From positions 800,001 to 864,000 of the forward strand of contig CATQHZ020000001.1 in the NCBI GenBank assembly GCA_958296135.2: a stretch of DNA of 64,000 nucleotides, written 5' to 3'. Position numbers and translations under genes: made by a program. The notes under the pieces are model-generated. The model was not told the DNA's origin. It did not search any database and saw only the letters and a list, made by a program, of their open reading frames with translations. Below, piece by piece: positions 57,805 through 64,000 of the stretch. Source of the DNA: an uncultured Poribacteria bacterium (GTDB lineage: Bacteria; Poribacteria; WGA-4E; WGA-3G). Numbering within the stretch: position 1 is the stretch's first letter; each line of letters begins with the position of its first letter.

Positions 57805-58945
57805 GTAGGGCGGGGGTTGTCCCTCGCGATGTAGAAAACGGCCGTGGCTCTTCGGAGTTGCGGCTGTTTTCGTTTGGGTTGGGCGATCGCGAGGGATAGA
57901 CATTCGCGCGACGGTGAAAAGGCCCCTTCTACCGTAGGGCGCGGGCCTGTGCCGCGCCGTGCGATGGTAAAAAGGGCCCTTAGTCCGTAGGGCGCGGTCC
58001 TGTGCCGCGCCATGCATCGGTCAATCGAGAGAGATCGCGAGGGACAGTGGACATCTCTGCAGCGAGGCTGCAGAGATGACAAAGTTTCGGCGTGACGGCC
58101 CTCGCGCTACGGTGAAAAGGGCCCGTCAGTGAAAAGGCCCTTAGTCCGTAGGGCGCGGTCCTGTGCTGCGCCATGCATCGATCTGCAGAGAAGAGGCCCG
58201 AAGTCCTGGGGCTTCGGTTGTTTTTTCTGTCGGTCGGTAGATCGCGAGGGTAAAAAGGGGGCTTTCTTGTCGCGCGAACGATCGCGAGGGACAGGCCCTC
58301 GCGCTCCGGTGACTAAAAACGCTTCTTAAACCGTAGGGCGCGGTCCTGTGCCTCGCCATGCTTCGGTCTATCGAGAGGAATCGCGAGGGGCACCCTCGGC
58401 GATTCGCGCTCGCCGGGTTTTCCCTCGTGCTACGGTGAAAGGGGCGGGTTCGTGTGGATCGAACGATCGCGGCGGACAGGCCGCCGCGCTACGGTGAAAA
58501 GGGCCCGTCGGTAAAAAGGCGCTTAGTCCGTAGGGCGCGGTCCTGTGCTGCGCCGTGCTTCGGTCTGGGGAGGAGATGGCAGTGTCCCCGGGGTTTCGGT
58601 CGTTTTTTGTGTCGTTCGGTAGATCGCGAGGGTAAAAAGGGGGCTTTCTTGTCACGTGAACGATCGCGAGGGACAGGCCCTCGCGCTACGGTAAAAGGGG
58701 CCGTTTAGCGAGGGACAGGTCTTCCCGCTCGTGCTCCGGTGAAAGGGGCGGGTTCGTGTGGATCGAACGATCGCGAGGGACAGGCCCTCGCGCTACGGTG
58801 ACTAAAAACGCTTCTTAAACCGTAGGGCGCGGTCCTGTGCCGCGCCATGCTTCGGTCTATCGAGAGGAATCGCGAGGGGAACCCTCGGCGATTCGCGCTC
58901 GCCGGGCCCTCGCGCTACGGTTAAGAGGGGCCGCTTTCGCGCTAC
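57805..58945. repeat. REP/REPIN mosaic array 2
   Basis: Multiple CCGTAGGGCGCGGTCCTGTGCYGCGCC and GATCGCGAGGGACAGGCCCTCGCGCTACGG modules; same family and module order as array 1. Confidence 0.92.
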
Positions 58946-59994
58946 GGTGAAAGGGGCCTCTTTCGGGCTGCGGTTTTCATAACGCCAATCCCCGGCCCGT
59001 TTGGCAAAACTAACTTGCCTTTCTCAACAGTCACACCCACATACCGGTCGTTTGCAATTAGCAAATTGCCATCCAGATCGGCGTAATCTACTAACGGTGC
59101 CAAATGCGCAGCGGCGGTGATACCGAGCGAACTCTCTATCATACAGCCAATCATCACGAGCAATCCGTGCGCGCGGGCGACATGAATCATCCGCAAAGCC
59201 TCAAGCAGCCCGCCACACTTCACGAGTTTGATGTTGATACCGTCAACGCATTCGGCAAGTGCGGGAATATCTGCGGCGCGTTTGACGCTCTCGTCGGCGA
59301 TAATGGGCAGCTCCGAATGGTCACGCACAAACTTGAGCCCCCGCAAATCGTAAGGGCTCGTAGGTTGCTCAATCAATTCAACGCCGTATGGGACGAGTTC
59401 TCGGATTTTGCGGACAGCCTCTTTCGGATGCCATGCGGTGTTCGCATCGACGTAGATGGGCTTATCCGTTACATCGCGTAGGGCTTGAATTATCTCCAGA
59501 TCTCGAGGGGTGCCGAGTTTCACTTTGAGGATGGGATATGCTTCGGCGCGTTGCGCCTTCTCTGCCATCATTTTCGGTTCATCGAGCCCAATGGTAAACG
59601 AGGTGTGCGGTGTTTTCTCTGGGTTCAGCCCCCAGAGTCGGTAGAGCGGTACGCCGAGTTTTTTACCGAGTCTGTCGTGCAGTGCCATGTCAATCGCGGA
59701 TTTCGCGGCGTAATTGCCGCCTAGCGTCGTTTCAATGTCAGCCATCACGTCCTGAATTGCGTCAAGTCTGTCGGTGGGCGTGTTTTGCAAGCGCGCTTCA
59801 ATGACCGGGGCGAGGATTTTCAATGCCTCTTCGACTGTCTGCACCGTTTCACCGTAAAACCGCGCGGGCGCGGCTTCACCGCTGCCGCTGTCTATTTCGA
59901 CGGAGATAACTTCCCGGTAGGCATCTGGCGCGCGGCGGGCGATTTTGAACGGATCGGTGAGTCGAAGTTGCGTCATTTTCAATGTGAGGTTCAT
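58942..59994 (-). CDS. L-Ala-D/L-Glu dipeptide epimerase
   Basis: 'PFKIAR', 'AIDMALHD', 'TSFTIG', 'LKVKLG', 'VDAN', 'EQP', 'ADES', 'NIKLVKCGG', 'GCMIE', 'DLDG'. AGGAGG RBS. Confidence 0.92.
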   Translation of the reverse strand: MNLTLKMTQLRLTDPFKIARRAPDAYREVISVEIDSGSGEAAPARFYGETVQTVEEALKILAPVIEARLQNTPTDRLDAIQDVMADIETTLGGNYAAKSAIDMALHDRLGKKLGVPLYRLWGLNPEKTPHTSFTIGLDEPKMMAEKAQRAEAYPILKVKLGTPRDLEIIQALRDVTDKPIYVDANTAWHPKEAVRKIRELVPYGVELIEQPTSPYDLRGLKFVRDHSELPIIADESVKRAADIPALAECVDGINIKLVKCGGLLEALRMIHVARAHGLLVMIGCMIESSLGITAAAHLAPLVDYADLDGNLLIANDRYVGVTVEKGKLVLPNGPGIGVMKTAARKRPLSP

Positions 59995-60039
59995 GGCTAT
60001 TTTCCTCCTTTGCCGGTGGGAGAGTCCTCTCGGGCTTGA

Positions 60040-60194
60040 TACCAAGATGTCGGGACTTGATGCCAAGATGTCGGGACCGGGAGGTCCCTCCTACTGGGAT
60101 TCAGGCGGTACCGGGAGGTCCCTCCTACTGAGATTCAGGCGGGACGATACCACACGCATCGAGACCGGGAGAACTCTCCTACAGGTCCCTCCTA
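60040..60194. repeat. Cluster of a third REP family (reverse complement GTAGGAGRGACCTCCCGGTCYCGA)
   Basis: GGGACCGGGAGGTCCCTCCTAC repeated; same family at 2584-2607, 53669-53691, 53739-53762 and 53805-53828. Confidence 0.85.
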
Positions 60195-62351
60195 GTGAAC
60201 TGAACGACGTAAATATTCCATGAAACGCTGCTGTTCTTCATCCTCGATTTCTTCGCCGCCTTTGAGGAACTGCCACGCGCCGAAGAATATGGCACGCGCT
60301 TCTTGGACAACGGAACCTACAGTTCGGAGTTCAAGCGTCATCGCCATTTTGTTCGTCTGCTGGATTTCAGGCGTTGCCGTGTCTTGGATGGTCTGCAGCG
60401 GTACGTTGAATTGTTCCAATACCTGCTTGAGAAACATCTCAGTGTCGTAATTGCCACGGTAATGCGCGGCGATGACGGCAGGTTCGCCTTTCCGCCGCTG
60501 CGCGTGATGAATTCGGAGGTAATACCCCTCCTCTGGAATAGCGTTTACCGCCGCTATCCGTGCTTTAGCAGACGATTTTTGGATGCGGTAGACCTTGGCC
60601 CCGGCGAGTTCCAACATCTCTGTCAAGGCGGCAAGGAGTTCCTGTGTTTCACGCGTATTTCCGAGTGAATCGAGCGCAAAGACGGTATCGGCGAACGCGC
60701 CACCTGCAACGGCGTGGAGATTGTGATGGATGCCCGTGGTGCTGTTCGGTTGCACGTGAATCTGGCGTGCCTCGGGATAATAACCGGCTTTGGAAATGCA
60801 CAGTCTCGTCTCGCCTTCAAAGTCCGTTGCGAGGAAGAAGTGCCCTTCGGGATTAGTGGCGCATGTTTTTTGCAAGTTTGGTGCCTGCAAGGAGACGTTT
60901 TGGAGCGGTGCGCCGGTGTATGCATCCGAAACTTGTCCTTGGACAATTCCGTAGTCAATCTCCGCGAAGCGAATTGTCACGGATGCATGTTTCTGCCGAT
61001 AATTGGCCTTCACCGTCGCTGTGCCGGGCTGTGTAGGTGCTCGCAGATAAAAGCGCGCCGTGCCATTTTTGGAGAGCGTCTGTGTTGCGACGAGGAGGGA
61101 GTGCCGCCGGGTGCGCGCGTAAATCGGTTCGTCATCGGCAATCGGGCGGCCGTCTGCATCTAGCGCGGTGACAGAAATGCCGACATAACTTTTTCCATCA
61201 AACGGCAGCGTGTCTGTCCACGCGTTGATATGCATGTTCTCAGCGGGCGGTGCAACTTTGAACCACTGCGGCGAAGGCAGGCTGTGATTGCCGTAATAGT
61301 TGACTACCTCGGTCTGGACACTATGCGTGCCGTTTGATAGCGGTTTCTCAACGACGACATCGATCAAATCCGCATCGCGCTGATAGTGAAAAGGGACGCT
61401 CACGCCATCAAGTTTGACCTGGATGGAATCGCTGAAGACCTGGTTTCGTTTCAGCATCCATGCGCCGCGTTCGTGTAGCCCATCCGCAATCTGAATTTGG
61501 AGGTGCGGGGTTTTGGTGTGAGTGACTGCCGGGGAATCGTGATGAGAACTGGGTCCTACTGGCCGCGGTTTGATGAGTGTGCCTTTCGGAAAACCCGCTG
61601 CAACGTAACGTGCGAGCCCGAGAAAATAACCGGATGCCTCGCGTTTGAGGTAATCCGCCGATTTCAGTCTCGCTTCCTCCGCCGGATTGGAGTAAAAAGA
61701 TGCCTCGCACACTACTGCTGGGCATTCTGTCAGCCGCAGAACACCGAAGCCAGCGGCCGCGACGAGTTTATCTGAATAGAGCCCGGTGGCAGGCGAAGTG
61801 GGCAAACGGAGCGCGTCGGCGACAGCTTGCTGAATGTATCGCGCCAGATCTAGACTTGGACGTGACTCATCAGCATCGCCGTGATACCACGTGGAGGTAT
61901 AGTTCGTCATCGGCTTATTCTCAATGGCGTTGTGGTGCAGCGAAATGAAAAAATCGGCGCGGCTTTCGTTGGCAATCTGGCTGCGCCTCGGCAGGCTGAC
62001 GTAGGTATCGTCAACCCGCGTCATGATGACGGTAACCCCAGAATTTTGCAACATCTCGCGCAGATAGAGGGCAACTTGGAGATTGATTTCTGCCTCGCGG
62101 AGGCCTGTCGGGCCGCGCTTATAGTCGGGGATGTGTCCTTGTCCGCCGTGTCCCGGGTCAAGGCAGATTGTGAACCCTTTGAGATGGCGGGCGTAGGGCG
62201 GCACCTCTATCTCAGCTATCTCAGCTGGTTCTTGTTGTTCAACGATTTCTTCTGGGTGTTGCGCGCAACTCGTGAACAGCAAAAGCGCGGCGAAGGGGTA
62301 TAGGAGGGTTTTTTTAGGTAGCCGGTGCATTTTCTTCTCGACCGTTTTCAT
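60192..62351 (-). CDS. N-acetylmuramoyl-L-alanine amidase (Amidase_3) lipoprotein with Ig-like and carboxypeptidase-regulatory-like domains
   Basis: Lipobox 'LLFTSC'; 'LDPGHGG', 'EAEINL', 'FISLHHNA', 'VCEASF'. The start may instead be ATG 62330. Confidence 0.9.
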   Translation of the reverse strand: MKTVEKKMHRLPKKTLLYPFAALLLFTSCAQHPEEIVEQQEPAEIAEIEVPPYARHLKGFTICLDPGHGGQGHIPDYKRGPTGLREAEINLQVALYLREMLQNSGVTVIMTRVDDTYVSLPRRSQIANESRADFFISLHHNAIENKPMTNYTSTWYHGDADESRPSLDLARYIQQAVADALRLPTSPATGLYSDKLVAAAGFGVLRLTECPAVVCEASFYSNPAEEARLKSADYLKREASGYFLGLARYVAAGFPKGTLIKPRPVGPSSHHDSPAVTHTKTPHLQIQIADGLHERGAWMLKRNQVFSDSIQVKLDGVSVPFHYQRDADLIDVVVEKPLSNGTHSVQTEVVNYYGNHSLPSPQWFKVAPPAENMHINAWTDTLPFDGKSYVGISVTALDADGRPIADDEPIYARTRRHSLLVATQTLSKNGTARFYLRAPTQPGTATVKANYRQKHASVTIRFAEIDYGIVQGQVSDAYTGAPLQNVSLQAPNLQKTCATNPEGHFFLATDFEGETRLCISKAGYYPEARQIHVQPNSTTGIHHNLHAVAGGAFADTVFALDSLGNTRETQELLAALTEMLELAGAKVYRIQKSSAKARIAAVNAIPEEGYYLRIHHAQRRKGEPAVIAAHYRGNYDTEMFLKQVLEQFNVPLQTIQDTATPEIQQTNKMAMTLELRTVGSVVQEARAIFFGAWQFLKGGEEIEDEEQQRFMEYLRRSVH

Positions 62352-62369
62352 TTGCGATAACGCCTTCTT

Positions 62370-62496
62370 CGCGAGGGCCAGGCTTCGCGAGGGGAACCCT
62401 CGGCGATTCGCGATCGCCGGGCCCTCGCGCTACGGTAAGGCCGGCGGGGCCAGGTCCTCGCGCTACGGTAGGTACGGTAGTTTTTGACTTATGCTT
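62370..62496. repeat. REP cluster between the yqfB-like gene and the amidase
   Basis: GCGAGGGGAACCCTCGGCGATTCGCG..GGCCCTCGCGCTACGG, as at 58871-58920. Confidence 0.8.
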
Positions 62497-62923
62497 AAAT
62501 CCTATTCCTCGTTCGGCGTGCCTTGGGGCGGCCGAGGATTTCCGACAGAATAATGCCTTGCCGGAACGTCTGCGGCGACAGATCCGGGAGGACAGTCGTC
62601 GGCAGCGGCTTCGTGCCGGTCCGCGCCGGTGTTCGAGGTTCCGGTGGCATTGGCGGTGGTTCCTCATTTGGCGGCGGTGCAGGTTCCTCGACAGTGTGCG
62701 CTGGCTCCGTTTCCTCAGTCTCTAAAAAATCAGGGAGTGTTTCTGTCTCAAACGGAAAACTCTCCATGAAGGGCGGTAATGCCACCTCGTTATCGGGGGG
62801 CGCGTCATCGTGCCTTTCATTTTCCTGTGTCCGCTGTCGTTCGGCTTTTTTGCGGCGATTGCCCAAGACAAACGTCAGAATGACAACGATGAGCGGTAAG
62901 AGCAGTTGCAAAATGTTGTCCAT
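62495..62923 (-). CDS. YqfB-like membrane-anchored Pro/Glu-rich protein downstream of floA
   Basis: N-terminal TM, disordered middle, C-terminal 'RQGIILSEILGRPKA'. Confidence 0.75.
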   Translation of the reverse strand: MDNILQLLLPLIVVILTFVLGNRRKKAERQRTQENERHDDAPPDNEVALPPFMESFPFETETLPDFLETEETEPAHTVEEPAPPPNEEPPPMPPEPRTPARTGTKPLPTTVLPDLSPQTFRQGIILSEILGRPKARRTRNRI

Positions 62924-62990
62924 CGGTTTTCTCCATTTCTGTAGGTTAAGAGTTTCGTCAGTCGCGAGTTCTTGTTCTGCTCGGTGCTTC

Positions 62991-63200
62991 GCGAGGGACA
63001 GGCCCTCGCGCTACGGTAAGTATAAGTTTTTCCTCGGCGATTTGCGCTTGACAGTGGACATATCTGCAGCGAGGCTGCAGATATGATAGCGTTAAAGTAA
63101 GGTAGTTTGCTTTTGCGAGGCAAAGCAAACACATTTTCTGTAGACGTGACCGTGACGGCCCTCGCGCTACGGTAGGGCCGATAGTACTTGACTTATGCTT
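62991..63200. repeat. REPIN-like element related to 3326-3517
   Basis: 63092-63172 is the near reverse complement of 3326-3450; carries the CATATCTGCAGC-GAG-GCTGCAGATATG hairpin. Confidence 0.85.
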
Positions 63201-63206
63201 TCAATC

Positions 63207-64000
63207 CTACGACAATCCTAGCGAATGCGCCGAGCGCGTCGTGTCTATCTCCTGCGTGCCGCCCGGGGAGGCGATGGATTGCCGCATCTCCGTATCGGCG
63301 AGGATATTGCGCAACTCGTAGTAAGCCATGACACTCATCCGTTCTGAATCAAACGAATCGGATATAGCGAGCGGCACCTCTGCCTCCGCTGAGATTAGTT
63401 TGATAGTCATTTCTTCGACGAGTGCCTTGTTTTCCTCTTCTTCCGCTTGTGCGCGTGCGCGTCGTTCTTCTGCCTTCGCGCGCGCGACTTTGAGTTCCGC
63501 TTCCGCCTGGTCTGTCTGCAGTTTCGCGCCGACGTTCTCGCCGACGTTGATATCGGCGATGTCAATGGATAGGATTTCAAAGGCGGTGCCGGCAGACAAC
63601 CCTTTCGCCAGCACCGTTTCGGAGATGAGGACTGGGTTCTCCAAGACTTGCTTGTGGCTGCCCGCGGAGCCGATAGTCGTGATGATGCCCTCGCCGACTC
63701 TGGCACGGATGGTATCTTCCGTCGCGCCGCCGACGAGTCTGTCAATGTCCGCTCGGACGGTGACGCGCGCCTTGACAATCAGTTGGATTCCGTCACGTGC
63801 GACAGCGGTGATGCCGCCGTTCGTACTGCTTCTTTCGGGGATGTCGATAATCTCCGGTGTAACGCTGACCTGAACGGCTTGTAGCACATCGCGGCCTGCC
63901 AGATCGATGGCGGCGGCTTGCGCGAATCCCAGGTCGATGTTCGCTTTATCGGCGGCAATGAGTGCTGCGACGACGCTACCGACGCGCCCCCCGGCGAGGT
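63207..64000 (-). CDS. floA: Flotillin-like protein FloA/YqfA, 5' part outside the window
   Basis: '[42 protein letters not shown]', 'ARVGEGI', '[13 protein letters not shown]', 'AKAEERRA', 'ADTEMR'. Confidence 0.95.
   Translation of the reverse strand, partial: LAGGRVGSVVAALIAADKANIDLGFAQAAAIDLAGRDVLQAVQVSVTPEIIDIPERSSTNGGITAVARDGIQLIVKARVTVRADIDRLVGGATEDTIRARVGEGIITTIGSAGSHKQVLENPVLISETVLAKGLSAGTAFEILSIDIADINVGENVGAKLQTDQAEAELKVARAKAEERRARAQAEEEENKALVEEMTIKLISAEAEVPLAISDSFDSERMSVMAYYELRNILADTEMRQSIASPGGTQEIDTTRSAHSLGLS

Overview
Gene-dense, GC-rich bacterial chromosomal window. The C-terminal 'KLATTWGALK'-type motif, lamin-tail, YCF48 and PorV-like proteins, a sulfatase and several enolase-superfamily enzymes suggest Candidatus Poribacteria (inference). 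It carries about 47 CDS: housekeeping genes (queC, aroB, aroK, purH, ackA, floA, a pgsA-like gene), carbohydrate and sugar-acid catabolic enzymes, transport and envelope genes, and secreted proteins. I found no rRNA, tRNA, CRISPR array or transposase. Several families of GTAG-initiated REP-like palindromes fill the intergenic DNA. Most notable: (i) a ~390-bp element at 25056-25441 made of three sequence-divergent but structurally similar three-way-junction units, one nested inside another; (ii) two 1.1-1.5-kb REP/REPIN mosaic arrays bracketing a 1297-aa surface-protein gene whose ~790-nt leader has a poly-C tract; (iii) REP copies embedded in-frame in purH, ackA and a dipeptide epimerase, and REP GTAG motifs supplying stop codons; (iv) an uncharacterised four-gene membrane module (FN3 + DUF6754-like); (v) a DprA fused to an HsdR_N-like PD-(D/E)xK domain. 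All family assignments are from motif recognition by eye; no database searches were run.
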